Shown here in pieces: positions 38,150 to 47,173 of a stretch of 64,000 bases of DNA. Under the pieces are notes generated by a model that saw nothing but the letters and a program-made list of their open reading frames with translations, had not been told where the DNA came from and did no database searches. Made by a program: the position numbers and the translations under genes. The stretch's first letter is position 1. Every line of letters starts with the position of its first letter. This stretch comes from Allosphingosinicella sp. (GTDB lineage Bacteria; Pseudomonadota; Alphaproteobacteria; Sphingomonadales; Sphingomonadaceae): NCBI GenBank assembly GCA_036491055.1, contig DASXCT010000016.1, forward strand, positions 982 through 64,981. The letters run 5' to 3'.

Positions 38150-38422
38150 AGGTCATACTCGCTAGAGTTGCGCCTGACGGGCAGAGGGGAAATCCCCCGG
38201 GCAGCCGCGGCGCCGGCTCCGGCCTCTTTCATCCCTACGATGATCTTCCTATGCCGTGCCGCGCGTTCCTTCCCTGCGCGCGTGCGCGGTGCCGCCCGCA
38301 CCCCCGACGCACCTTCCGAACGCCAAGAGCGCTTGTCACCGCTGAGGCGAGGTTTGCGGGCGGCATAAAATCCCGGCCCCTGTCACGTCCGGCCGAAATC
38401 CAGCCAGCCCAGGAGAGTCCCG

Positions 38423-38617
38423 ATGAGCGACGACGGCCTCTGCGGCTTCGGCGAGCCGGCGTTGGCGCCCGCGCTCGCCGCGCCCGAGCCGGTCGGCATG
38501 GTCGACGGGCGTTCGATCGCCGGCTTCTGGATGCCTTATTGGGCATCGCGTTCCTATCCCATGGCTGCCCATCCCGTGCCGGGCCGCTGCATTCTCGGGC
38601 GGGGCTGTCGTGGATGA
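38423..38617 (+). CDS. Small hypothetical phage protein
   Basis: RBS AGGAG; overlaps next ORF. Confidence 0.4.
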   Translation: MSDDGLCGFGEPALAPALAAPEPVGMVDGRSIAGFWMPYWASRSYPMAAHPVPGRCILGRGCRG

Positions 38618-38813
38618 TCCGATCGCGCCCGATATCGAGGCCATCTACCGCATGGTCGCGCTCGCCTGCGCCGCCTTCGTCACCGACGAGGCGAAGGATC
38701 ATACCGCTGTGCTCGCCGTGGCGGACAGCTTCCTCGAATATATCGATCCTTTGATCGCGGCCGACCAGGGCGTGCGGTTTACGTGCGACAAGGCGGTGCA
38801 GCCGAAGAGGTGA
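38610..38813 (+). CDS. Small hypothetical phage protein
   Basis: Host-like codon usage, co-oriented with late operon. Confidence 0.5.
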   Translation: MDDPIAPDIEAIYRMVALACAAFVTDEAKDHTAVLAVADSFLEYIDPLIAADQGVRFTCDKAVQPKR

Positions 38814-38845
38814 GAGCGGAGAGGGGGCTTCGTGCGGGCCTCAGG

Positions 38846-38894
38846 CCCCCCTCCACCGCCGTTCCGGCGGTCCCCCTCCCCGTCCCGGGGAGGA
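38846..38894 (+). repeat. REP-like element family A (inside prophage)
   Basis: cccccctccaccgccgttccggcggtccccctccccgtcccggggagga. Confidence 0.85.
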
Positions 38895-38991
38895 TTTGAG
38901 CAGCCGTCTTGTCAGGTCGCGCGGGGCCTTTCGCTGAACCGCGCATTCGCCGCCGCCATTCCCGGCCCATGGCCAAACTTAGGAGAAGCAC

Positions 38992-40827
38992 ATGACCCTC
39001 AATCCCACCAATGCCGGCCTGTTCGTCGACCTCGCCAGCGTCTCGATCGACGCCGGGATCGATATGATCGAGCTCGAGGGCTATCGCGAGGCAGGCAAGG
39101 GGGCGGGGCGTTATTTCCGGTGGACCGACGATCTGCCGGCGCTGCCGGCGGTCGGCACCGGCGAGAATGCCTGGTGGGCGACCGATGCCGACGGCGGCAC
39201 TTGGTATCCCGACGAGACCCAGCTCAACCTCTATCATTTCGGCGCCTATTGGGACGTTGAGACCGCCACCAATCCCTGGACCGGGACCGACGATTATCCC
39301 GCCTTCCTCGCCTTCAAATCTTATTGCATCTGGGTGCGCAAGAGCGACGGCTTCGCCGCCGACTATCTGTGCCTGCCCAAGCTGAGCCTGCCGTTCGGCG
39401 CCGGCTATACGTCGGCGACCTGGGAGTTCAATTTCGGCACGCCCCATCTCGTCGGCGTCGGATCGGGCGGACGCAACGGCGGCTATCCGACCATCCTCGT
39501 CGCGGCGCCGGGCGTCGACGGCATCGCCACCGAAACCACCAATACGACCGGCAACACGACCCGCACCCCCGGCGTCGGCGCGACCGACGCCTTGTTCGAG
39601 CATATCCAGCTCCGCACCTTCGGCGACGGCGGCGGCACGACCGCGGACGGCTGGCGGATCCGCTGCCAGACGCGGCTGATCGAATGCTCCGCGCGCGATT
39701 TCATCCGTTACGGCGTCAACATCACCGGAACGATCGGCGGCGGCGGATCGGCGGAAGGCAATGACAATCTCTGCGAGATTATCGGCGGCACCTATAGCTA
39801 TAACGGCGCCGCCGGCATTTTCCTGGATGGCGGCGATTCCAACCAGAGCACGATCACCGGCCCCGTCGACGTCTCGTCGAACGGCGGGTGGGGCGTGTGG
39901 GACAGCTCGTTCCTCGGCAATCTGTGGTCGGGAACGCACACCAACGGCAATGGCGTCGCGACCTCCGGGCCGCTTTATGCCACCAACGTCAATGGCAATT
40001 GCTGCAATTATAGCGGCAACCGCTATTCGGTGCAGCCGGGCCAGGCGGCCGGCGCCTCGACCAATGCGCCGAGCGGCACGACCGCGGCCAACACATGGTG
40101 GCATTGGATCCAGGCCGGCGGCGTGCACGTCGAATATCCCACCTGGGTTTCGGGCATGACCTGGACCGAGGGGGGGCCGTTCTTCACAGATAATCTCAAT
40201 TCGACCTCCGTCTTCCTCCATTGCTATTCGGAGGAGCTTGGCGGCCCGTCGCGCTTCTCCAACCAGACGCTCATCATCGGCGGCCTCCATGCCGCGGGCG
40301 TCATCGGCGGGACCTTCATCCGCGCCGATCTCGGCAGTCTCAAGAATACGGGCGGCGGATTCTGGTCGATCCAGGACGATGGCACCGGCAACAATGTGTC
40401 ATCGATGATCGGTGGCGCCGCATTGAGCCGTGATTTCCGGACCTTCTCTTATGGGACGCTGCAGCCCTGGACCGAGCATTACAATACGAGCACCGGCAAC
40501 ATCCACTTTCTTTACTCGCATTTCGACGGTTGGTGCGCCTACACGATCACCGGGCCGAGCACGACCTACCAGTTCGGCCGCGGAGCGGGCGTGCCGCATC
40601 GGCTGCAGGTTCCCGAGATCTTCGTCGGCAGTACGTCCAACGCGCGGAGCATCAGCTCGGCCTCGGCGATGCCGTCGAGCGGGACCTATGGCGAGGGCGA
40701 TTTCGTGCACAATACGCTGCCGAGCGTCTCGTCCGGCAAGGTGCTGACCGGCTGGATCCGGCTGACCAGCGGGAGTGGCAACGTGCTCAATACCGATTGG
40801 GCGGCCTGCTACGCGACGACGAGCTGA
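38992..40827 (+). CDS. Tailspike / beta-helix receptor-binding-like protein
   Basis: N-terminal GYREAGKGAGRYF head-binding-type motif; Gly/Asn/Thr-rich beta-helix-like body; C-terminal PSSGTYGEGDFVHN..GWIRLTSG tailspike motif. Confidence 0.7.
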   Translation: MTLNPTNAGLFVDLASVSIDAGIDMIELEGYREAGKGAGRYFRWTDDLPALPAVGTGENAWWATDADGGTWYPDETQLNLYHFGAYWDVETATNPWTGTDDYPAFLAFKSYCIWVRKSDGFAADYLCLPKLSLPFGAGYTSATWEFNFGTPHLVGVGSGGRNGGYPTILVAAPGVDGIATETTNTTGNTTRTPGVGATDALFEHIQLRTFGDGGGTTADGWRIRCQTRLIECSARDFIRYGVNITGTIGGGGSAEGNDNLCEIIGGTYSYNGAAGIFLDGGDSNQSTITGPVDVSSNGGWGVWDSSFLGNLWSGTHTNGNGVATSGPLYATNVNGNCCNYSGNRYSVQPGQAAGASTNAPSGTTAANTWWHWIQAGGVHVEYPTWVSGMTWTEGGPFFTDNLNSTSVFLHCYSEELGGPSRFSNQTLIIGGLHAAGVIGGTFIRADLGSLKNTGGGFWSIQDDGTGNNVSSMIGGAALSRDFRTFSYGTLQPWTEHYNTSTGNIHFLYSHFDGWCAYTITGPSTTYQFGRGAGVPHRLQVPEIFVGSTSNARSISSASAMPSSGTYGEGDFVHNTLPSVSSGKVLTGWIRLTSGSGNVLNTDWAACYATTS

Positions 40828-40852
40828 GGAGTCGCCGCGGGCGGGGCTCAGG

Positions 40853-40901
40853 CCCCCCTCCACCATGCTCCGCATGGTCCCCCTCCCCGTTCCGGGGAGG
40901 A
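40853..40901 (+). repeat. REP-like element family A (inside prophage)
   Basis: cccccctccaccatgctccgcatggtccccctccccgttccggggagga. Confidence 0.85.
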
Positions 40902-40931
40902 TGAAGGCCGACCAGCCCGAAAGGGAGCCGG

Positions 40932-41219
40932 ATGACGAAGACCATGGAGGACGCGCCGGCAGCCGTGGGGCGGGCGCGTCCTGGGCGCAGGGCGGCGCGG
41001 GCGAAAGCCGCAGCGCCGGGGCTGCGGGCGGCGAAGGAGGCGATCGCGCTGGCGGCCGACGCGCTCGGGGGGCATGAACGGCTCGTCGAATGGGCGCGGG
41101 AGGACGCGAAGAACGAAAGCGTCTTCTGGTCGAGCATCTATCCCAAATTGATTCCGATCCAGCTTTCCGGCGACGGCGGGGGGGCGGTGGAACATGGGGT
41201 GACGGTGAAGTTCGTTTGA
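40932..41219 (+). CDS. Probable terminase small subunit
   Basis: Directly before TerL; AADALGG..L.EWA..FWSSIYPKLIP motif. Confidence 0.6.
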   Translation: MTKTMEDAPAAVGRARPGRRAARAKAAAPGLRAAKEAIALAADALGGHERLVEWAREDAKNESVFWSSIYPKLIPIQLSGDGGGAVEHGVTVKFV

Positions 41220-41269
41220 ATTCGGTTTTGGTGGGGGTCGGGGGTTGGGGATAGTTCTCAGACGCCGAA

Positions 41270-41350
41270 CCCCCTCACCATGTGCCGCCGCTAAGGTTCG
41301 TCTGGGGGACGAACCAGGCGGCACATCCTCTCCCCACTTGGGAGAGGGAG
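41270..41350. repeat. Nested-hairpin REP-like element family C between terS and terL
   Basis: tgtgccgcc..ggcggcaca, ggttcgtc..gacgaacc, cctctcccca..ggagagg stems. Confidence 0.7.
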
Positions 41351-41363
41351 TCTGGAGGCTCCC

Positions 41364-42632
41364 TTGCATGAGGTCGAGATTCCGGGCGCCTTTCGGGGGT
41401 TGTTCGAGGCGCATCGCTACAAGGCCTTTTACGGCGGGCGGGGATCGGCCAAGTCGCATAGCTTTGCGACGGCTTTGGTCATCCTGGCGGCCGCGCGGCC
41501 TTTGCGGATCGTTTGCGCGCGGGAGATCCAGAACAGCTTGCGCGATTCGGTCAAGCAGCTGATCGAGGACAAGATCGCGGCGCTCGGGCTCGACGCGCAT
41601 TTCGATTGCCAGAGCAAGGTGACCAGGGGCCGCAACGGCTCGCATTTTTCCTATATCGGCCTGTGGCGGAACCCGGACGCGATCAAGTCGATGGAGGGGG
41701 CCGATATCTTCTGGGGGGAGGAGGCTTCGGCTTTCTCCGAACGCTCGCTTCGGATCGTGCGGCCGACCATGCGCAAGCCGGGATCGGAATTGTGGTTCTC
41801 GTGGAACCCGGAGTTCGAGCACGATCCGGTCGACCGCTTCTTCCGCGGCGGGGCGCCGCCGCCCGACGCTTTGGTGCGCGAGGTGAGCTGGCGCGACAAT
41901 CCCTGGTTCGCCGGCACGCCGCTCCAGGCCGAGATGGACTATGATTATTCCGCCGATCCGGCGCGCGCCGCCCATGTCTGGGGCGGGTCCTATGTCAGCG
42001 CGGTCGACGGGGCTTATTATGCCGCGGCGCTCGGCGAGGCACGGGCGGCGGGGCGGATCGGCCAGGTCGCGCCCGATCCCCTGATGGCCAAGCGCGCCTT
42101 CTGGGACTTGGGGGTGAGCGATTCGACCTCGGTCTGGGTGGCGCAGTTCGTCGGGCGCGAGATCCGGGTCCTGGATTATTGCGAGGGGCAGGGGCAGCCG
42201 CTTTCTTATTATTGCGACTGGCTGCGGGCGCGCGGCCATGGGTCGGCGCTCTGCGTGCTTCCGCATGACGGGGCGCGGCGGGACAATGTGACCGCTCTGC
42301 GCTTCGAGGACCATCTGCGCGAGGCCGGCTTCGCGGTCGAGACCGTGCCCAACCAGGGCAAGGGCGCTGCGATGCGGCGGATCGAGGCGGCGCGGCGGCT
42401 GTTCCCGGCGATCTGGTTCCACGAGGAGACGTGTCGCGAAGGGCTGAAGGCTTTGGCGGCTTATGCCGAGAAGCGGGACGACAAGAGGAATGTGGGGCTG
42501 GGGCCGGACCATAATTGGGCCTCGCATGCGGCCGATGCCTTCGGGCTGATGTGCATCGCTTATGAGGCGCCGCGGGAGCGGCGGAAGGCGGTGGAGCGGG
42601 CGGATTTCGGGGCTGGGGGGTGGATGGGGTGA
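41364..42632 (+). CDS. terL: Terminase large subunit (PBSX-type)
   Basis: YGGRGSAKSH Walker A; IFWGEEA Walker B; FSWNP; WDLGVSDST and HNWASHAADAF nuclease motifs. Confidence 0.95.
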   Translation: MHEVEIPGAFRGLFEAHRYKAFYGGRGSAKSHSFATALVILAAARPLRIVCAREIQNSLRDSVKQLIEDKIAALGLDAHFDCQSKVTRGRNGSHFSYIGLWRNPDAIKSMEGADIFWGEEASAFSERSLRIVRPTMRKPGSELWFSWNPEFEHDPVDRFFRGGAPPPDALVREVSWRDNPWFAGTPLQAEMDYDYSADPARAAHVWGGSYVSAVDGAYYAAALGEARAAGRIGQVAPDPLMAKRAFWDLGVSDSTSVWVAQFVGREIRVLDYCEGQGQPLSYYCDWLRARGHGSALCVLPHDGARRDNVTALRFEDHLREAGFAVETVPNQGKGAAMRRIEAARRLFPAIWFHEETCREGLKALAAYAEKRDDKRNVGLGPDHNWASHAADAFGLMCIAYEAPRERRKAVERADFGAGGWMG

Positions 42633-42642
42633 CCTTCTTCAT

Positions 42643-42847
42643 TCTCCCTGCGATTTCGCGGGGAGGGGGACCATGCGAAGCATGGTGGAGGGGCCTTGGC
42701 ACGGCGCATGAAGGGGGCCCCTCCACCACCCTGCGGGTGGTCCCCCTCCCCTCAGAATCGAGGGGAGGATTTAAGGGCGCCCGCCTCCGCCACCCTGCGG
42801 GTGGTCCCCCTCCCCTCGGAATCGAGGGGAGGATTTAAGGGCGCCCC
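42643..42847. repeat. Cluster of three family A REP-like copies (one inverted, two tandem direct) between terL and portal
   Basis: 42643-42693 (-), 42718-42769 (+), 42785-42833 (+). Confidence 0.85.
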
Positions 42848-42872
42848 GCCTTTGAAATGATGGGAGATTGGG

Positions 42873-44948
42873 ATGGGTGAGATTGCTCCTGGCGACGGTT
42901 ACGACGCCGATGCCGACGACGCGGCCGAAACGCCCGACAAGATCCTTGCCGCGGCGCGGGAGGATTATCGGCGGGCGCGGGAATATTGGCAGGACAATCA
43001 GCGCGAGGCGCAGGCGGACCTGGAATTCGCGCGGCTGGGACGGCAATGGCCGGCAGCGGTCGAGGAGCAGCGGCGGCGCGAGCATCGGCCGTGCCTCACC
43101 TTCAACAAGATGCCCTCCTTCATCCGCCAGGTCGTCAACGATAGCCGGCAGAACAAGCCTTCGATCAAGGTCCACCCGCAGGATTCGGGCGCCGATCCGC
43201 AGGTCGCGACCATCTATGACGGGCTGATCCGCAACATCGAGGCGACCTCCGACGCCGACGTCGCCTACGACACCGCGATCGAGCATGCGGTGGGGCAGGG
43301 CTTCGGCTTCTGGCGGGTCAACACCGCTTATGCCTGCGACGACGCTTTCGACCAGGATATCGTGATCGAGCGGATCGCCAATCCGTTCACGGTGTACGGC
43401 GATCCGCGATCGACGGCGGCGGATTCGTCGGACTGGAACATCGCCTTCGTCATCACGACGATGCCGAAGGACGAGTTCGAGCGGCAGTACCCGGACGCCG
43501 AATGCACGAGCTGGGAGTTCGATTTCGCCGACTGCCCGGACTGGCTCGACGGCGACGACGTCGTCCTCGCCGAATATTGGACGCGGGAGAAGGCGGCGCA
43601 CGACATCGTCGCGCTTTCGGACGGATCGATCATCGCGCTCGAGGAATTGGAGGCCGATCCGCGCCAGTTCGAGGGCGTCGAGGTCGTCGGGCGGCCGCGT
43701 ACGGTCGAGACGTACAAGGTGACGCAGCGGCTGATGACCGGCGCCGAGATACTGAAGACGGTCGACTGGGCGGGCAAATATATCCCGATCGTCCCCGTTT
43801 ATGGCGACGAGGTGATCGACGAGCATGGCAAGCGCCATTTCCGGTCTTTGATCCGCGACGCCAAGTCGGCGCAGGAGATGCTCAATTACTGGCGGACGAC
43901 GACGACCGAGCTTGCCGCGCTCGCGCCCAAGGCGCCCTGGGTGGGCGAGCAGGGGGCGTTCGACGTCGATCCCAATTGGGACGTCGCGAACAGCGCGAGC
44001 CTTTCGAAGCTCGAATATCGCAAGGGCTCGCCGATGCCGCAGCGCCAGCCTTTCGCCGGCGTGCCGGCGGGGGCGCTGCAGGAGGCGCTGAACGCCAATG
44101 ACGACATGAAGGCGATCATCGGCATTTACGATGCGTCCTTGGGCGCGCGCAGCAACGAGACGTCGGGCAAGGCGATCATGGCGCGGCAGCGGGAAGGGGA
44201 CGTTTCGACCTTCCACTTCATCGACAATCTGTCGCGGGCGATCCGCCATTCGGGGCGGATCCTCCTCGACCTCATTCCCAAGGTCTATTCGACCCAGCGG
44301 ATGATCCGCGTGCTCGGCGACGATCTGGCGCCGGCCAATGCCCAGGTCGCGCCGACCGGGCAGGCGGTGACTCCGGTGGTCGGGCCGCCGCGGGCCGATC
44401 CCGCCAATCCGATGCAGCTGATGCCGCCGGCGGTGGTCGGGCATGTCTACGATCTCGCCGCGGGCAAATACGACCTCACCGTGTCGGCGGGGCCGAGCTA
44501 CACGTCGCGGCGCGAGGAGGCGAACGACCTCATGATGCAGATGATGCAGGCGGCGCCGCAGGTCATTCCTTTGATCGCCGACATCTGGGTCGAGCAGCAG
44601 GACATGCCGCTTGCCGACCAGCTCGCCGATCGGCTGCGGCTGATGTTGCCGCCCCAGGCGCAGCAGGGGCCGGGCGGGGCGGGGGGCGGTGTGCCGCCGC
44701 AGGTGGCGGCGCAGATGAGCCAGCAGCAGCAGGTCATCCAGCAGGGCGCCGCGAAGCTCCAGCAGCAGGCGCAGGAGAACCAGGCGATGCAATTGCGGAT
44801 CGCCCTGCTCGAGACCGAGCTCGCCAACCGCCAGAACGAGCAGGGCCTCAAGAGCCAGGAGCTGCAGGTCAAGAGCTACGACGCCGAGACGCGGCGGATC
44901 GAGGCGATGCGGCCGCAGGTGGTCGGGATGGGGGCGCAGGCGGGGTAG
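42873..44948 (+). CDS. Portal protein (P22 gp1-like)
   Basis: RPCLTFNKMPSFIRQVVNDSRQN, YIPIVPVYG, SLIRDAKSAQ, NETSGKAIMARQREG, GKYDLTVSAGPSYTSRREEA; Gln-rich C-terminal barrel. Confidence 0.93.
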   Translation: MGEIAPGDGYDADADDAAETPDKILAAAREDYRRAREYWQDNQREAQADLEFARLGRQWPAAVEEQRRREHRPCLTFNKMPSFIRQVVNDSRQNKPSIKVHPQDSGADPQVATIYDGLIRNIEATSDADVAYDTAIEHAVGQGFGFWRVNTAYACDDAFDQDIVIERIANPFTVYGDPRSTAADSSDWNIAFVITTMPKDEFERQYPDAECTSWEFDFADCPDWLDGDDVVLAEYWTREKAAHDIVALSDGSIIALEELEADPRQFEGVEVVGRPRTVETYKVTQRLMTGAEILKTVDWAGKYIPIVPVYGDEVIDEHGKRHFRSLIRDAKSAQEMLNYWRTTTTELAALAPKAPWVGEQGAFDVDPNWDVANSASLSKLEYRKGSPMPQRQPFAGVPAGALQEALNANDDMKAIIGIYDASLGARSNETSGKAIMARQREGDVSTFHFIDNLSRAIRHSGRILLDLIPKVYSTQRMIRVLGDDLAPANAQVAPTGQAVTPVVGPPRADPANPMQLMPPAVVGHVYDLAAGKYDLTVSAGPSYTSRREEANDLMMQMMQAAPQVIPLIADIWVEQQDMPLADQLADRLRLMLPPQAQQGPGGAGGGVPPQVAAQMSQQQQVIQQGAAKLQQQAQENQAMQLRIALLETELANRQNEQGLKSQELQVKSYDAETRRIEAMRPQVVGMGAQAG

Positions 44949-44992
44949 GGGTGGCGACCGGTGTCGCCGCATGTTGTAGCGTCTAAGAAGCG

Positions 44993-45211
44993 CTAGCGGT
45001 GGCCCCGCCCGAAGCTGGGCTGTGAATGCCTCACGCCGCTAGTGACAACGTCATAGCCGCATGGGTGGCAAACCAGGGTATTGGCCCGTCCCACCGGGAG
45101 GCTTTCATGCTTCATGATCGATTTCTTGCCGTGCTGATAGCAATGGGGACATATCCAATGGGGTGGCTCCGACGGCTCCACGCCTTCCTTCAAACGGTAG
45201 GCGACAGAGCC
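44993..45211 (-). pseudogene. 3' remnant of a zinc-ribbon hypothetical protein
   Basis: GSVAYRLK..EPPHWICPHCY..KKSIM..LVCHPC; recognisable homology stops at about 45212. Confidence 0.5.
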
Positions 45212-45213
45212 TT

Positions 45214-45435
45214 GCCTGGGATGCGCTAAACTCCGATCAGGATGCCGGGTCCATGGCCAGGACGTTCGCCCTGAATTATGAGGGGATGGCCAACAAAACA
45301 GACGATCCAAAGCAGCGGGCAGCGCTCGCGGACGTGCTCAGCACAATTCCCCTCGATCCTACCAAGTCCCCGCGGCGGCCCACTAGCCCGCCACCTGAAA
45401 TCCAGGCCTATCTCCGGCGACGAGCGGGCCGCTAA
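45214..45435 (+). pseudogene. 3' remnant paralogous to the C-terminus of the lysozyme-tipped ejection protein (61410..63578)
   Basis: AWDALNSDQDAGSMARTFALNYEGMANKTDDPKQRAAL vs AWAALHSNQSAGQMAAKVAMDYEGMANKTGDPEKRAAI; 35/58 identical over the last block. Confidence 0.85.
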
Positions 45436-45462
45436 ACCGACAGTCGGAGAGGGCCCAAAGAC

Positions 45463-45774
45463 TCAGTTGCGGTTCTTCCGGCATGGCAGCCAATAGAACA
45501 TCGACCTGGGTGCTTCGAATTCATGCGAGCCCCAGCACCAGCCCATCCGCTCCACGCGTTCGATTAGTCGGTCACGGCGCGCGCAGGTGCGTTTCTTGAC
45601 CGCAATGTCGTAGGTTCCGCTGCAGATCGGGTCCAGGACGGTAATCCGGCGGATGAGGCTTTCAAGCGGCTGCGTGCGCGGCGCTTTGTATTCCGAGATG
45701 CAGCATGCGCTCGCCGACGTCGTGATCAGTGTTGCCGCCAGGAACGCTGCCGCGATCGTTGTCGAAGGGCGCAT
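45463..45774 (-). CDS. Small exported Cys-rich protein, paralog of 63564..63914
   Basis: Signal peptide; ACCISE, TYD.AV.KRTCARRDRL, GWCWGS, YWLPCR shared. Confidence 0.8.
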   Translation of the reverse strand: MRPSTTIAAAFLAATLITTSASACCISEYKAPRTQPLESLIRRITVLDPICSGTYDIAVKKRTCARRDRLIERVERMGWCWGSHEFEAPRSMFYWLPCRKNRN

Positions 45775-45815
45775 GGACCGTCTCCCAGCCCATTCATACC
45801 GGAACGCGATTTTCG

Positions 45816-45830
45816 GAACAAGTGAAGAAC
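45816..45830. promoter_or_regulatory. Alphaproteobacterial LexA (SOS) box consensus GAAC-N7-GAAC
   Basis: GAACaagtgaaGAAC in the intergenic gap between divergent genes. Confidence 0.6.
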
Positions 45831-46058
45831 AGAGTGCTTACGCCAAATCGCTCATCCTAACCCAGGGTCGGATCCGGGCGAAGGGTCGTTCACCGCTTTC
45901 ATCCATCCTTCGATACGCCGTTTCGACAAGCTCAACAGCTACTCAGGATGAGCGGGCAGGGGGGCACGGCGAGATCATGAGTTTGCCGCCAACCCCTGCG
46001 GGGGAGCGGCTTTACCTGGCCCGTCGTGAGACGCGCCTTTTCCTGAAAGAGGAGCCCC

Positions 46059-46925
46059 ATGGAGAACGAGACCGCGACCAACCCAAGCGGCGGCGAGGAT
46101 ACGGATTTTTCCACCCTCGCCGGCGATGCGGGAGTCGAGACCGAGACGCTCGAACCGACCCTCGATGATTACGGCAATCCGGTCGAACCGGACGACAGCG
46201 AGGAAGTCGAGCAGGATGGGCAGAAATTCCGCGTGCCCAAGGCGCTCAAGGATTCGTTCCTGAGGCAGGCGGACTATACCCGCAAGACGCAGGAAGTGGC
46301 GGACATGCGCCGGGCCGTCGAGGCCGAGCGGCAGGTCCTCCACCAGGCCAGCGACGCGGAGATCGGGACGCTCGCCCAGGTGCGGGCGCTCGACCAGCAG
46401 CTTGGCTATTATAACCGCATCGACTGGGACCGCTGGGAGCAGCAGGATCCGTTCGAGGCCCAGAAGGGCTGGCGGCAGTTCCAGCAGCTCCAGCAGGCGC
46501 GGCAGCAGACCGCGGGACATTTTTCGCAGCTCGTACAGCACCGGAATTTCGTTGCGCAGCAGGACACTGCCAGGCGCATCGAGGAAGGCCGGGCAGTGCT
46601 CGCCCGCGACATCAAGGGATGGGGCCCCGAGCTGGCATCGGGCCTGCTCGAGACGGGCGCGAGGCAATACGGCCTGCACAGAGCGGAGATCGAGGAGGCT
46701 TTCACCGATCCCCGCCTGGTCAAGGTCCTGCACGACGCGCACCAATATCGCCTCATCCATGGCAAGCAGCAGCAGGCGCAGCGTCATCTCGCCGCGCAGC
46801 AGGCCGAACCAGCAGCCCGCCCCGCCGCCTCGCGCGCGCCCGGCCAGGGACTGGACGATCGGCTGAGCGCGGAGGAATGGGCGCGGCGCCGCGACGAGCA
46901 GGTGCGCAAGCGCCGGGCTCGATAA
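46059..46925 (+). CDS. Capsid scaffolding protein
   Basis: Acidic N-terminus, FLRQADYTRKTQEVA motif, helical Gln-rich body; lies between portal and coat. Confidence 0.85.
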   Translation: MENETATNPSGGEDTDFSTLAGDAGVETETLEPTLDDYGNPVEPDDSEEVEQDGQKFRVPKALKDSFLRQADYTRKTQEVADMRRAVEAERQVLHQASDAEIGTLAQVRALDQQLGYYNRIDWDRWEQQDPFEAQKGWRQFQQLQQARQQTAGHFSQLVQHRNFVAQQDTARRIEEGRAVLARDIKGWGPELASGLLETGARQYGLHRAEIEEAFTDPRLVKVLHDAHQYRLIHGKQQQAQRHLAAQQAEPAARPAASRAPGQGLDDRLSAEEWARRRDEQVRKRRAR

Positions 46926-47026
46926 CAGGCAGGACATCCGACCGTCGCGCCTCGACTCCTGCCCCTGGTGGGCAGGGGCTGAGGTGGGATGCCGGACCTG
47001 GTCCGGCGCGCGGCTTTGCCGCGCTA

Positions 47027-47074
47027 CCCCTCATCCGGCTCTTCGAGCCACCTTCTCCCACAAGGGGAGAAGGG
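47027..47074. repeat. REP-like element family C
   Basis: cccctcatccgg..gccaccttctcccacaaggggagaagg. Confidence 0.75.
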
Positions 47075-47173
47075 AGATTGAAGCCGAACGGGCCACGGAA
47101 CGTCCTTCCTTCCTTTCTTCAACCCACACCCGCGCCGTGAGGCGCCGGCCTTCCCACAGATGGATTTTTCACC

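Noticed and set aside
38158-38235. Possible tRNA or att site before the late operon
   Set aside because: No T-arm (GTTCGA) or D-arm consensus and no cloverleaf could be built.
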